64,000 nucleotides of DNA from an uncultured Phycisphaerales bacterium (GTDB lineage Bacteria; Planctomycetota; Phycisphaerae; Tepidisphaerales; Tepidisphaeraceae). Below, piece by piece: positions 9,540 through 20,810 of this stretch. Below the pieces are notes generated by a model. That model was not told the DNA's origin. It saw only the letters and a program-made list of their open reading frames with translations, and ran no database searches. The stretch's first letter is position 1. The number at the start of each line of letters is the position of its first letter. The DNA lies in the NCBI GenBank assembly GCA_963844715.1, contig CAWJPJ010000004.1, positions 1-64,000 on the forward strand. Direction: 5' to 3'. Made by a program: the position numbers and the translations under genes.

Positions 9540-12500
9540 ATGGGCGGGAAGTGTATCCAGGGGAGACGGCGCAGGCGGGCTGCGGGTCTGTTTATTGCCG
9601 CGGCGGTGGGGGTTTCGGGGTGGACGGCCAGCCGGTGCTGGGTCAGACCAATCTGTGGAGCGGGAGCACCATCGACGACAATTGGAGCGACGCTGCGAAT
9701 TGGGGGGGGTCGCTCTTTCCAGCGGATCGGCACTGGAATTCGATTCATTCGCCCAGACTTTCAGTCCCAATGACGATGAGCACGGGGGTTTTGTCATCGA
9801 TGGGATGACATTTGATGCAGGCGCCGGCGCCTTTACGCTCGGCGGTAATTCAATCGCTCTCAATGGCGCGATCACTGATAACGCAACCAATATAGAGATC
9901 ATCAACCAGAACATCGTCCTCGAGGGGAATGAAAATATTTCCGTCGCCAGCGGAGGGACCCTGCAAATCCGCGGAGTCCTCAGCGACGGCGGTATCACAT
10001 TGACCGGTAACGGAACCTTGGTGCTTACCGGGGTAAATACCAACTTCGTCGGCGCGACCATCAACGGGGGCACGCTTTCAATATCCGCCGACGCCAACCT
10101 CGGCAACGCAACCGAAAGCCTCACCTTCGGCGGCGGAACGCTAAACACAACCGCCACATTTTCCAGCACCCGCGCCGTGACGTTGAACACCGGCACCGAC
10201 GCATTCAATGTTGCCGCCGGCACAACGCTGACTGAATCCGGTCTTTTCAGCGGGACCGGCGGTCTCACCATGGCCACCGGCTCCGGGACCCTCGTCCTTT
10301 CGGACTCCAACAACTCCTATAGCGGAGGAACCACCCTGAACGCCGGAACGCTGTCGATCTCCAGCAACTCCGACCTCGGCAGCACCTCCGGCGCGATAAC
10401 GTTCGGCGGCGGAACCTTGAACACAACCGCCACTTTTTCCAGTAGCCGCGCCGTCACGCTGAATACTGGGACCAATACCTTCAACGTGGCGACCGGAACG
10501 ACGTTTAACGAACACGGCTCGATTTTCGGCACCGGCGGTCTCACGCTGGCCACGGGCACGGGAACTCTGGTGCTCAACGACCCGAGCAACACCTACAGCG
10601 GCGGAACGACCATCGACAGCGGAACGTTATCGATCAGCAGCGACAGCGATCTGGGAAATGCGTCGGGAGCCCTTACCCTCGGCGGTGGAACGCTGGCCGT
10701 GAGCGCCGGAAACATCTCCAGCAGCCGAGCCATTACTCTTAACTCGGGTACCAACACCTTCAGCGTCGCCGGCGGCCAGACACTGACCGAATCCGGCGTC
10801 ATCAAAGGTACCGGCGGCCTGACCTTGGCGACCGGAACGGGGACGCTCTTTCTGAGCAACACGGGCAACACGTACAGCGGCGGGACGACTCTCAATGCGG
10901 GAACCCTCTCCATCTCCTCGGACGCGAATCTCGGCAATAGTTCGGGTGGACTGACAATCGGCGGGGGAACGCTGGATGCCACGGCCACGATGTCCAGCAG
11001 CCGCGCCGTGGCTCTCAACACAGGTACCAACACGTTCAACGTGAGCAGCGGCGCCACGCTGACCGAAAACGGTTTAGTCAGCGGTACCGGCGGCCTAACC
11101 ATGGCTACCGGCACAGGCACCCTCGTCCTAGGCGACTCGAGCAACAGCTACAGCGGCGGTACAACAATCGATTCCGGGACCCTGCAAATCGCTTCCAATG
11201 GAGACCTTGGCAACTCGAACTCAGTTGCAGGAGTGACCCTCGGTGGCGGAACGCTGAGCATAACCGCGGCGAGCCTTTCGACGAACCGCGTCATCACGCT
11301 TAACGCCGGTACCGATACGCTCAATTTCAGCAGCGGCGCGAGCCTCAACGTCCAAAATACCATTACCGGCGCGGGTATGCTGGACATCACCGGCGGCGGC
11401 GGCACCGGCGGGCTGAAGATGACCAATGTCAACGGTTACACGGGAGGAACCACGATCGGCGCCGGGGCTCTTCTCTTGCCAGCCGTGACCAACGCTATTC
11501 CTTCGTCCGGAACGGTGACTGACAACGGGACTCTTGATCTCATCGGCACCGCCTCTCAAACGATCGGCGCCCTCAGCGGTAGCGGCGTTGTCGACGCCAT
11601 TTCTGGAACTCCCACGCTGACGATTTCCGGCAATGGGACGTTCGGCGGCCAGTTTCAGAACACCGGCGGAACGCTTTCCGTGGTGATTGCCTCGACAAGT
11701 GGAATTGGCCAAACCCTCTCCGGCACGGATGTGTTCTCCGGCACGATTACCGACAATGGTTCCCTTACAGTGACGAATCCAAATGCGCTGCAAAATTCTA
11801 CCCTGAACATGGGATTCGCGCCCTCGGGCAGCGTGTATGCGTACTTCAACGCCGGAACGAGTCCCGAAACATACAACGTTGCCGCAATCGAAGGCGGTAG
11901 CGACTATGCCGCCAATCTGGAATTTGGAACTTCGGGAACGCTAGTCGTCGGGTCAAACAACGCCAGCACTGATATCTTGGGATCACTACTCGGTGGAACG
12001 TTCGAAAAAGTTGGGACGGGCACGCTTGGCCTATACACCTTCTCAAATGAATTGGGCGACCTCTCCATCAATGGTGGAACCGTTCAGGTTGAATCCGACA
12101 TCCTGATTGGATCCTCCTCCACAATCGTAACCTTGAACGGCGGAACCCTGGCGATGACCGCCACAACCAGCGGTACCCGAAATTTTACGGTCGGCGCATC
12201 CGGCGGCGCACTGAATATTGCCAACGGCACAACGTACTCCGTAACCGGCCAAATGAGCGGCACCGGAAGCCTCGACATTACCGGTGGCGGCGGATTTAGT
12301 CTTTCGGGCAGCGTCTCGGGCCTGTCAAACCTGAATATCACGACGGGCGGCGCGGTGAGCCTCAACGGAGGCATCAGCGGGCCTACGAATGTCAGTATCA
12401 CCGGCGGCGCAAATGTCTCAATGACGGGAAATAACAATTACACGGGCACGACGACAATTAACTCCGGGACTCTGCTTACCTCCGGCGGAACCGGAATGGG

Positions 12501-14150
12501 GAATATTTATGTGACGAATACCAATGCGGCCACCGCGACGTTAACTACGATTTTCGATTGGGGAAATATTGGCCTGGGCCAAGGAGCGTCCGTGACCTTG
12601 ACCGGTGCCGCTAGCAATCATCTTGCGCTTTTATCCCCATCTTTTGGCACAATCATTGGTACAGCCGGCAACAACAATACCGTCACATTCGGAAATTACA
12701 GCGAGCTGGAGGATCAGCCTACCCTAGGCCTACCTTTCTCTCTCACCATCAACGGCGTTCTAAATACCTCGAGCCCCTTAAGCACTCTTTCGCTGAGTGA
12801 GCCTCAGGGATACACCGGCGCCGGCCGGCAAGTCGTCCTGAACTACACCGGCGGAATCCTCACCGGCTCCAACTCCGCCGCTAACGGCGGCTTTGGAAGC
12901 GTCACCGGCCTTCCCGCCGGCTTTTACCTGGAAATGACTGGCAACGCGACCACCGCAGGCGAGATCGACATGGTTCAGCACGAAATCATTGGCACCATCA
13001 CCGCCACGCCGCAGTCGGCGACGGTCTTCGCGGGGGCTTCCGATCCCGTCACGTTCACTGTGGCCAACTCTGCTTACTCCGGCGGCGACAGCCTGAACTT
13101 CTCGACGTCGAACGGCTCGAACATAAGCGGCTCGGCCAGTGGGTCCGTGGCTGCGAATTCAACCAGTAGCGCGACCTCCGGTCTGGCCTTCTCGTCCTCC
13201 ACTGCCGGGGCGAATCAGACCGGCTCGTTCACGGTCAACGACCCCAATTCCGTCAACTCCGGGCAAGCCGGAAACGTTACGGTGAGTGTCGTCGACCACG
13301 CGCTGGTCCCGAATCAAATCCTGACGCCGCAGGTTACCCAGGGACAGACCGTCAATTTCAATTACGCCTTGAGCAATCCGACGAACGGCTCCGCCTTTCG
13401 CGACGGGGCGGTTGTCACGGGCGTCTCCGCGGACGGCAACGGCTACTCCAGCGGATACAGCGGAACCACCACGATCGGCTCGGCGCGTCCAGCTCGAATT
13501 TCACCGGCAGCTTTACATCCGCCTACGGCGCGCCGGCGAGCCAGGTTTTCGATTTCACTTACGGCGATCAGGACAGCTATCTAGGGGTCAACAACAACAA
13601 TCAAACCGCGACGCTGACGGTTACGCCGCTGGTGAATCCGCTGGTCGAAGTCGTGGGCAGCGACAGCAACGCGCTGGCCGACGGGCGGCCGCTTATTCAA
13701 GGCACAAGCTCCGGGTCGGACGATTCCACGATTTATGTCACCGATAACAATGGCGCCTACACGCCGGGCCAGTTGGCTGATCTCAACAATGGCCAGGGCG
13801 CCAGCGAGGGGTACGTGAATATTGTCGTGGATGATCAGAACGGGCAGCCGACCGATTACCTGCCGAACAACATGTGGGTTTATTTTACCTTCGCCGGCGG
13901 CTCGAATTTGACGGCTCTGGAGTCGACGCTTTCGCAATTTCATTACGCTTGGCAAAGCGGCGCAAGCGCGAATCAATTGGCGATCGACCTGCCGGTGTCG
14001 CTGGGGTCCGATCCGGTTCTGGATTTTGATTTCAGTAATTATGCGGGGGTGGAAGTGACAGGCCTGGCGGCGGTGCCGGAGCCGGGGACGTTTTCGATTT
14101 TGCTCTTATCGACGGCGTGTCTGATCGGCCGGCGAAGGCGGAAAAACTGA
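9540..14150 (+). CDS. Large surface protein with autotransporter-associated beta-strand (PATR) repeats and a PEP-CTERM sorting signal (several frameshifts)
   Basis: Signal peptide MGGKCIQGRRRRRAAGLFIAAAV; WSDAANW; repeated GTGTLVL-x4-N.YSGGTT..GTL; C-terminal VPEPGTFSILLLSTACLIGRRRRKN. Confidence 0.88.
10000..11400 (+). repeat. Intragenic tandem repeats of about 92 aa (~276-279 bp)
   Basis: YSGGTT units near 10318, 10594, 10873 and 11149 with conserved GGGTL...SSRAVTLNTGTNTFNV. Confidence 0.85.
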
Positions 14151-14360
14151 CGGGGGCCCAGTCCCGCGGTCATTTCAGTAAGTGACCCGTTGGTGACCCC
14201 ATCTTGGAATTGTCCCACCGCAGCATTCCGCTCCAGCCGAACTTCTTCAAATGCAATTCAAAGATCGCGCTACGATTATCGCGTCCGATATCATTGGGGC
14301 CAGTTAAGGGCGCATGATTATGGACGATGGACGGATGGCAAGGTCTATCAAGGGGATGCA

Positions 14361-14696
14361 ATGACGCAGCCGCCTACACAAATCTACAAGCCTCAACTAC
14401 TCAATCTCAAAACCATATCGGCGCAACCTACAAACGCCAGGCGCACCAGAAATGCCTTCGAACTAACCCTGCAGTCGGCTATGAACGGCCAGTCTTACAG
14501 AATGACGCTTCTGGGACCGAAAGAGAAGCTTGGCCTGATCGGTGAAGCGGAACTGCGTGAACGGTTTTCAGGCGACTATGCGGCATTGAGCGTCTTTCTT
14601 GATCGCAACTCGGTTGAATTCTGGATTCAGACTGGCTTTTTGTGCGCGATTGACTGCGAGTCGTGTGAATTGGTTGAGGTTCCGCCGAACGAATAG
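14361..14696 (+). CDS. Hypothetical protein (~111 aa)
   Basis: Open frame with AAGGGG upstream of the ATG; no family recognised; start uncertain. Confidence 0.45.
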   Translation: MTQPPTQIYKPQLLNLKTISAQPTNARRTRNAFELTLQSAMNGQSYRMTLLGPKEKLGLIGEAELRERFSGDYAALSVFLDRNSVEFWIQTGFLCAIDCESCELVEVPPNE

Positions 14697-14768
14697 CGGG
14701 CTCTATTGCTTAAGCCGAGATTGCGGTGCGCAAGCTTCGGGGCGATGAACCGATTTTTGGAGCGTCCA

Positions 14769-15218
14769 ATGACATCACGTAATATTCGACGAGTCGTCGT
14801 TTGGGTTGTCGTATTATCTGGCTGGTGGTGTCTATCTCGTAAGGCCCTACTCCCATCCCCCGGATCGATATTTGTCGCCTCTCCCATCCCATTCAATCAG
14901 TCTCTAACCGTGGCAGCTGGAACGGAAGGCTCCCTACAGCTTTCTTTTCCCCAAACGAAAATTCCGGGATGGTTGCGTGGAGAGTGGACTGTGCGAGGCA
15001 TTTCCGCAAATGTTAACGGCGCTGCTGATGACACTCTGGTGGGGTTTACGCTTACAGCGCCGGACAACAAGATTGTTCAGAAGCTCGACCACCCGGTAAC
15101 GGGCAATTTCGCGGTGCGATACGAGGGCGGCGTCTATACATTTACCTTCAACAACCAAAGCATCATTCGTTCGTCGGCGCGAATTGTAACGCTTCAAGGC
15201 ACATATCAACCGGATTGA
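14769..15218 (+). CDS. Membrane-anchored beta-sandwich protein, GOLD (emp24/p24)-like
   Basis: N-terminal hydrophobic segment; C-terminal GVYTFTFNNQS...RIVTL resembles the GOLD G.Y.F.FDN..S motif. Confidence 0.55.
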   Translation: MTSRNIRRVVVWVVVLSGWWCLSRKALLPSPGSIFVASPIPFNQSLTVAAGTEGSLQLSFPQTKIPGWLRGEWTVRGISANVNGAADDTLVGFTLTAPDNKIVQKLDHPVTGNFAVRYEGGVYTFTFNNQSIIRSSARIVTLQGTYQPD

Positions 15219-15276
15219 AGGCTGCCAGTTCGTTTCGATAAGTCCCGCATTCGCGCAGTTACTATCGGAGCCATCG

Positions 15277-15783
15277 GTGCTGCATAATCCACACCTAATA
15301 CTGCAGTTTCTAACGGCTGTGACCGCAATTGCGGCCGTTATCATCGGCCCGTGGCTTACCCATCGACAAATAGAATCGTCTGAAAAGATAGCGGCACGCC
15401 AGATAAGGGCGGATGTCGTTTCCGCCAATCGCAAGAATTGGATCAATACTTTAAGAGACACTCTCGCTGAATTCCTATCGAAGGAAGTGATGGCTAGAAC
15501 TTTCAACAGGCTGCATCATGCGGATTCCGAATCGCTGGGCCGCATTCAGGAGGTTTTGCGACTCAATTACAAAATCAGTCTATTAATCAATTCTGAGGAA
15601 ACCGATCATGCGAGACTTTGTGAATTAATTGACCGCATGACGAACTCGATTGATGGATCCAACAAGGCCCCCGACGAACTTAAGCAGCTAGACAATTCCA
15701 TTAACGGCGTTCGCATCGAAACTGTTACGCTGTCGCAAGCGATACTCAAGCGCGAATGGGAACGGGTAAAACGCTGCGAATAA
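15277..15783 (+). CDS. Hypothetical protein with N-terminal TM and helical domain
   Basis: TAVTAIAAVIIGPWL TM, then NRKNWINTLRDTLAEF and ILKREWERVK; GGAG RBS. Confidence 0.65.
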   Translation: MLHNPHLILQFLTAVTAIAAVIIGPWLTHRQIESSEKIAARQIRADVVSANRKNWINTLRDTLAEFLSKEVMARTFNRLHHADSESLGRIQEVLRLNYKISLLINSEETDHARLCELIDRMTNSIDGSNKAPDELKQLDNSINGVRIETVTLSQAILKREWERVKRCE

Positions 15784-15972
15784 GCAGAAGGTCATAAAGG
15801 GGGGTAACTTCCCATCCCAGCCGAGCCGAATTACCCCGGCGACGCCCCAAAGACGTCAATCCGGCCCATCAGTTCCACCCAGGCCACCTAGACCCCCTAA
15901 ACCCCCAATCAAAGTAAAAGTGTTACTTTTTGGCGGAAAATGTATCTCGATACCCCGCAAATCGCCTCGGTC

Positions 15973-16000
15973 TTGACATGTCATTCGTGTTCTGTAGAGT
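15973..16000 (+). promoter_or_regulatory. Sigma70-type promoter of the S10 operon
   Basis: TTGACA, 16 bp, TAGAGT, then a GC-rich discriminator upstream of rpsJ. Confidence 0.6.
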
Positions 16001-16037
16001 TAGCCCCCTTTCCCATGTTGGGAAACGATCTATTTAT

Positions 16038-16346
16038 ATGACCGGCGACCGTATACGAATTCGAATGGAAGCGTATGACCACCGGGCGCTTGACGCGTCG
16101 GCGAAGGAAATCGTCGACCATGCCAAGCGCACCAACGCTCGCGTTTGCGGGCCGATTCCGGTGCCGACGCGGATCGAGCGGTACACGGTTTTGCGGAGTC
16201 CGCACATTGATAAGAAGAGCCGGGAACAGTTTGAGATGCGGACTCATAAGCGCGTGATCGACATTTTTGAGCCGACGGCCCGGACGGTGGAGGCGCTGAA
16301 TCGTTTGGTAGTTCCGGCCGGCGTCTTTGTGAAGATCAAGGCCTAA
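16038..16346 (+). CDS. rpsJ: 30S ribosomal protein S10
   Basis: [38 protein letters not shown]. Confidence 0.97.
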   Translation: MTGDRIRIRMEAYDHRALDASAKEIVDHAKRTNARVCGPIPVPTRIERYTVLRSPHIDKKSREQFEMRTHKRVIDIFEPTARTVEALNRLVVPAGVFVKIKA

Positions 16347-16361
16347 ACATTTAATTCGCAT

Positions 16362-16390
16362 ACGCCCCTGGTTTAAGGGGCGTTTTTGTT
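16362..16390 (+). terminator. Intrinsic terminator or attenuator-like hairpin between rpsJ and rplC
   Basis: acgcccct-ggttta-aggggcgt followed by ttttgtt. Confidence 0.6.
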
Positions 16391-16473
16391 GGTCGTAAAA
16401 ATCCGCACTCGCGGGGTTCATCCAAGAACCCGACTGCCGAAGGGCCGCGAGTTGTGGGAGAGGTTTTCGTCTC

Positions 16474-17142
16474 ATGACGCCAGCACTCTTGGGCAAAAAA
16501 GTCGGCATGACTCGCGTCTACGACGAGAAGGGCACGGTTGTGCCGGTCACGGTCGTGCAGGCGGGTCCGTGTCATGTCACGTGCGTGAGAACGACCGAGA
16601 CGGACGGATACAACGCCGTGCAGCTTGGGTTCGATGATTGCAAGGCGAAGCATTCGACGTTTCCGCTCATCGGCCACGCCGCCAAGGCAGGCGTGGGCCC
16701 GAAGCGGTTTTTCAAGGAAATCCGCCTCCAGGACAAAACCGAACTCGCCCCCGGCGCCAAAGTCGGGGTCGAACTGTTTAATGAGGTCCAATTCGTCGAT
16801 GTTATCGGCACCAGCAAAGGCAAGGGCTTCGCGGGCGTGATGAAGCGCCATCATTTCGGCGGCCAGTGCGCATCGCACGGAACCGAACGCAAGCACCGCT
16901 CGCCGGGTTCGATCGCATCGCGGGCGACGTGGCGCGGTCAAAGCGGAAAGCCGAAGAAAGGTGTCCGCATGGCGGGACACATGGGATCGGATCAGGTCAC
17001 CACACGAAATCACCCCCTGGTAAAGATCGACGCGGAAAACAATTTGTTGCTGATCAAAGGAGCCTTGCCCGGACCAAACGGCGGGCTCCTTTTCGTTCGC
17101 AAATCAATCACGGCGCGGATCAAGAAGGAACAAGAGTCATGA
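16474..17142 (+). CDS. rplC: 50S ribosomal protein L3
   Basis: LGKKVGMT, DGYNAVQLG, SKGKGFAGVMKRH, MAGHMG. Confidence 0.97.
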   Translation: MTPALLGKKVGMTRVYDEKGTVVPVTVVQAGPCHVTCVRTTETDGYNAVQLGFDDCKAKHSTFPLIGHAAKAGVGPKRFFKEIRLQDKTELAPGAKVGVELFNEVQFVDVIGTSKGKGFAGVMKRHHFGGQCASHGTERKHRSPGSIASRATWRGQSGKPKKGVRMAGHMGSDQVTTRNHPLVKIDAENNLLLIKGALPGPNGGLLFVRKSITARIKKEQES

Positions 17143-17754
17143 TTGAAGTCCCGGTATTCGATCAGACCGGCCAAAAGGTGCAGAGCCTGCAAGTCGACGA
17201 GGCGAAGCTCGGCGGCACCGTGCGCAAACACCTGCTCAAGCAGGCGATTGTCGCCTATCACGCGAACAAGCGGCAGGGGAGCGTTCGCACGCTCGCGCGC
17301 GGCGAAGTCGCCGGCTCGACGCGAAAGGTGTTCCGCCAAAAAGGGACGGGTAACGCCCGCACGGGCGGGATTCGTAATCCGATCAAGAAAGGCGGCGGTC
17401 ATGCCAAGCAGAAGCGCCCAAAAGACTGGCGGCAGGGATTCAGCAAAAAGTCGCGCAAGCTTGCGCGCGGACAGCGCGATTCTGATGAAGCTTCAGAGCC
17501 AGGATGTGCGGATTGTCAGCGAGTTGAATTTGCCCGAGCCGAAGACCAAACACATGGTCAAGATTTACAAAGCGCTGGGGATCGATCGCACGTGCCTGCT
17601 GGCGACGGACGGGCCGGATCAGAATGTTCAGCGTTCGGCGCGGAATCTGGATCGAACGACATTGACGACGGTCTCGCAACTGAATGCGTGGGACATTTTG
17701 AAGAACCGTACGCTATTGGTGACCAAATCGGGATTTGAGAAAATTCTGGCGTGA
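17139..17754 (+). CDS. rplD: 50S ribosomal protein L4 (frameshift near 17468)
   Basis: RGEVAGSTRKVFRQKGTGNAR; SARNL; operon position. Confidence 0.94.
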
Positions 17755-17760
17755 GATTTT

Positions 17761-18039
17761 ATGGATAACATCAACGTCATCATCAAGCCGCTGGTCACCG
17801 AGAAGACGACGCATCAACAGGAAACGCGGAACGTTTATGCGTTCCAGGTGGCGCAGCACGCGAACAAGGTGCAGATTCGCCACGCGGTGGAGCAGTTGTA
17901 CAACGTGAAAGTGGTGAGCGTGCGGACGCTGAACCGCAAGGGGAAACCCCGGCGGTCGCGGTTCAAGATGGCGAAGACCGCCGAATGGAAGCGCGCGATT
18001 GTCACTTTGGCTGAGAATTCGAGGATTGAGCTGTACTAG
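17761..18039 (+). CDS. rplW: 50S ribosomal protein L23
   Basis: IKPLVTEK, ANKVQIRHAVE, WKRAIVTL. Confidence 0.96.
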   Translation: MDNINVIIKPLVTEKTTHQQETRNVYAFQVAQHANKVQIRHAVEQLYNVKVVSVRTLNRKGKPRRSRFKMAKTAEWKRAIVTLAENSRIELY

Positions 18040-18048
18040 AGGTTTCCC

Positions 18049-18919
18049 ATGGCGATTCGATTTTATAATCCGACGTCCGCGGGCCGGCGAGCTGGATCGG
18101 TGGTCGATTACAGCGCGGTGATCACCAAGAACGAGCCGGAGCCTTCGCTGGTGGTGGGGCGGATCCGCGCCAACGGGCGGAATCATCGCGGCATCATCAC
18201 GGCCAAGCACCGGGGCGGGGGAAACAAGAAACTTTATCGATTGATCGATTTCAAGCGGAACGACAAAGACGGGATGCCGGCGAATGTGGAGTCGGTTGAA
18301 TACGATCCGAATCGGTCGGTGTTTATCGCTTTGATCCAATATGAGGATGGGACGAAGTCTTATATTTTGTGTCCGAATGGATTGAAGGTTGGGACGAAGG
18401 TTGTGAGCGGGCCGGATTCGCCGCCTGACGTGGGGAATTGCATGCCGCTGACGAACATTCCCACGGGGCTTGAAATTCACAATATCGAGATGAATCCCGG
18501 GCAGGGCGGGAAATTGGTTCGGTCGGCGGGGGGCGTGGGACGATTGGGGGCGCGCGAAGGGGAATGGGCGGTGATTATTCTGCCGTCGGGTGAAATGCGG
18601 CGGGTGCGCGAGCGCTTGCCGGGCGACGATCGGACAACTGGGGAATCTGGACTGGATCAACGTGAGCATCGGTAAAGCCGGGCGCAGCCGGCATATGGGG
18701 ATTCGCCCGCATACGCGAGCCAAGGCGATGAACCCGATCGACCATCCGCTGGGCGGCGGCGAAGGCCGCAGCAACGGCGGGCGGCATCCGGTGAGCAAGA
18801 CGGGCGTTCCCGCCAAGGGCGGAATCACGCGCAGCCCGCGGAAGAACAGCGAGAAGTTGATTCTCCGCCGCCGAAAGTTCGGCACGCATCAGCAGCGTCC
18901 GCAGACGGTCAACAACTAG
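18049..18919 (+). CDS. rplB: 50S ribosomal protein L2 (frameshift near 18610)
   Basis: [38 protein letters not shown]. Confidence 0.96.
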
Positions 18920-18921
18920 GA

Positions 18922-18973
18922 AGTTGCCAGTTGCCAGTTGCCAGTTGCCAGTGAAAAAAAATTCCTGGCGACT
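18922..18973. repeat. Heptamer tandem repeat (AGTTGCC)x4 with a short inverted arm
   Basis: agttgcc x4 plus agt, then ctggcgact; in the rplB-rpsS spacer. Confidence 0.8.
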
Positions 18974-19002
18974 CGCGGCGGGCGGGCGGCAATTAAGACG
19001 AC

Positions 19003-19313
19003 ATGAGCCGAAGTGCAAAAAAAGGTCCGTTTGTCGACGAGAAGCTTTACCGCAAGGTGGCGAAGCTGAATGAGAACCGCGCCAAGCAGCCCATCAAGAC
19101 GTGGGCGCGGGCGTGCACGATCATTCCGGAATTCGTCGGGCACACGTTTGAAGTGCATAACGGAAACAAATTTTTGAAGGTGTTCGTGCAGGAAGACATG
19201 GTTGGGCACAAGCTGGGCGAATTTTCGCCGACGCGAGTTTTCAAGGGCCACAGCGGCAAGAAGGCGGCACTGACACCGGGACGCCGCCCGCGGCGGCGCC
19301 GGCGGCGAGCTAA
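19003..19313 (+). CDS. rpsS: 30S ribosomal protein S19 (3' end frameshifted, appears fused to rplV)
   Basis: [32 protein letters not shown] at 19311-19313 in the adjacent frame. Confidence 0.94.
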
Positions 19314-19326
19314 ATTGGAAATATCT

Positions 19327-19665
19327 ATGGCATTCTCTGCTAAACATCGCTTTGCCAGAATCGCCCCGCGGAAGGCGCGATTGCTGATGAATTTGATCCG
19401 CGGACGGGATGTCGACGACGCGATCACGATCCTGCGATTCAGCAAGCAGCGGGCGAGCGGAATGATCGAGAAGGTGGTTCGCTCGGCGGTCGCCAACGCG
19501 GCGGAACAGGATGTGCGGACGAAGAATACGTTGTACGTCGCCAAGGCCTGGGTTGATCCGGGTCCGGTGATCAAGCGGTTTATGCCGAAGGATCGCGGCA
19601 AGGCGTATTCGATTCTCAAGCGGACCAGCCATCTGGTGGTGACCGTGGACGAAAGGGCGAAATAA
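19327..19665 (+). CDS. rplV: 50S ribosomal protein L22
   Basis: [29 protein letters not shown]. Confidence 0.95.
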   Translation: MAFSAKHRFARIAPRKARLLMNLIRGRDVDDAITILRFSKQRASGMIEKVVRSAVANAAEQDVRTKNTLYVAKAWVDPGPVIKRFMPKDRGKAYSILKRTSHLVVTVDERAK

Positions 19666-19668
19666 CCA

Positions 19669-20368
19669 ATGGGTCAAAAGGTCAATCCAATCGGGTTCCG
19701 CGTGGGCATCACCGAAGACTGGAAGAGCCGATGGTACGCGCCCAAGAGCGGCCTACGGGGATTTTCTGATCGAGGACTGGAAGGTGCGGAAGTTTGTCGA
19801 TGCGAAGCTGAATCGGCGTCCGCCGTTCGCGGCGGTTGCGGACATTCTGATCGAACGCACGCGCGAGGAAGTTACGATCACGCTGAAGACCGCGCGGCCG
19901 GGTCTGGTCATCGGGCCCAAGGGCGCTGAGGTCGACAAGCTGCGCGAGGAATTGGAAGACCTGATCAAGCGGAAAGTCGCTCCGATCAAGGTCATTGAAA
20001 TCAAGAATCCGGATTTGAACGCGCAGTTGGTTGCCGAGGCGATTGCCGAGCAATTGAAGAAGCGGGCCAGCTTCCGCCGGGTGATGAAGATGCGGCAGGA
20101 AGCGACGATGCAGGCGGGAGCGAAAGGGATTCGCATCAACGTAAGCGGCCGATTGGGCGGAGCGGAAATCGCCCGGTCGGAAAAGTCGACCTTCGGATCG
20201 GTGCCGCTGACGACGCTCCAGGCGGATGTGAACTACGGATATGCCATCGCGTTTACGACGTACGGAGCGATCGGCGTGAAGGTGTGGATCTATCGCGGGA
20301 TGTACGGCGAAGAGGTTCTGGAAACGGATGTTCGACCGGGCGGCGGGCCTCGCCGCGGCCGCAGGTAA
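19669..20368 (+). CDS. rpsC: 30S ribosomal protein S3 (frameshift near 19750)
   Basis: [37 protein letters not shown]. Confidence 0.96.
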
Positions 20369-20380
20369 AGGATTTGTCCC

Positions 20381-20803
20381 ATGGCGTTGATGCCAAAAAG
20401 AGTGAAGTTCCGGAAAAGCCATCGTGGCAAGATGAAGGGCAACGCCACGCAAGGGAATACCGTCGCCTTCGGCGAATACGGTTTGCAGGCGCTGCGGAAC
20501 TCATGGATCACGGCGCGGCAGATCGAGGCGGGGCGCGTGGCGTGCAGCCACTTCCTGCATCGCGAAGGGCGCGTGTTCATCCGGATTTTCCCGAGCAAGC
20601 CGGTCTCGGGTAAGCCGCTGGAAACCCGCATGGGCAAGGGCAAGGGGGAGCCGGAATATTGGTGCGCGGTTGTGAAGGCGGGAATGATGATGTTCGAGAT
20701 CACGGGCGTCGACGAGGCGACGGCGAAGCGAGCGCTGGCCCGGGTGGCGCACAAGATGCCGATTCCCTGCCGGTTCGTTCATCGGAGGCACGCCCTGGCG
20801 TGA
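20381..20803 (+). CDS. rplP: 50S ribosomal protein L16
   Basis: [23 protein letters not shown]. Confidence 0.97.
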   Translation: MALMPKRVKFRKSHRGKMKGNATQGNTVAFGEYGLQALRNSWITARQIEAGRVACSHFLHREGRVFIRIFPSKPVSGKPLETRMGKGKGEPEYWCAVVKAGMMMFEITGVDEATAKRALARVAHKMPIPCRFVHRRHALA

Positions 20804-20810
20804 TCGGCCC

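Noticed and set aside
9335..15798. 11-bp direct repeat aaggtcataaa flanking the adhesin and orphan genes as a target duplication
   Set aside because: Matches this short are expected by chance in 64 kb and no integrase is associated
14170..15800. Integron cassette array
   Set aside because: No recognisable RYYYAAC...GTTRRRY attC sites between the ORFs and no intI
19003..19665. S19-L22 fusion protein (220-aa ORF)
   Set aside because: A TAA at 19311 in the adjacent frame closes an Ala/Pro tail of S19, and rplV has its own ATG at 19327; the fusion is an indel artefact
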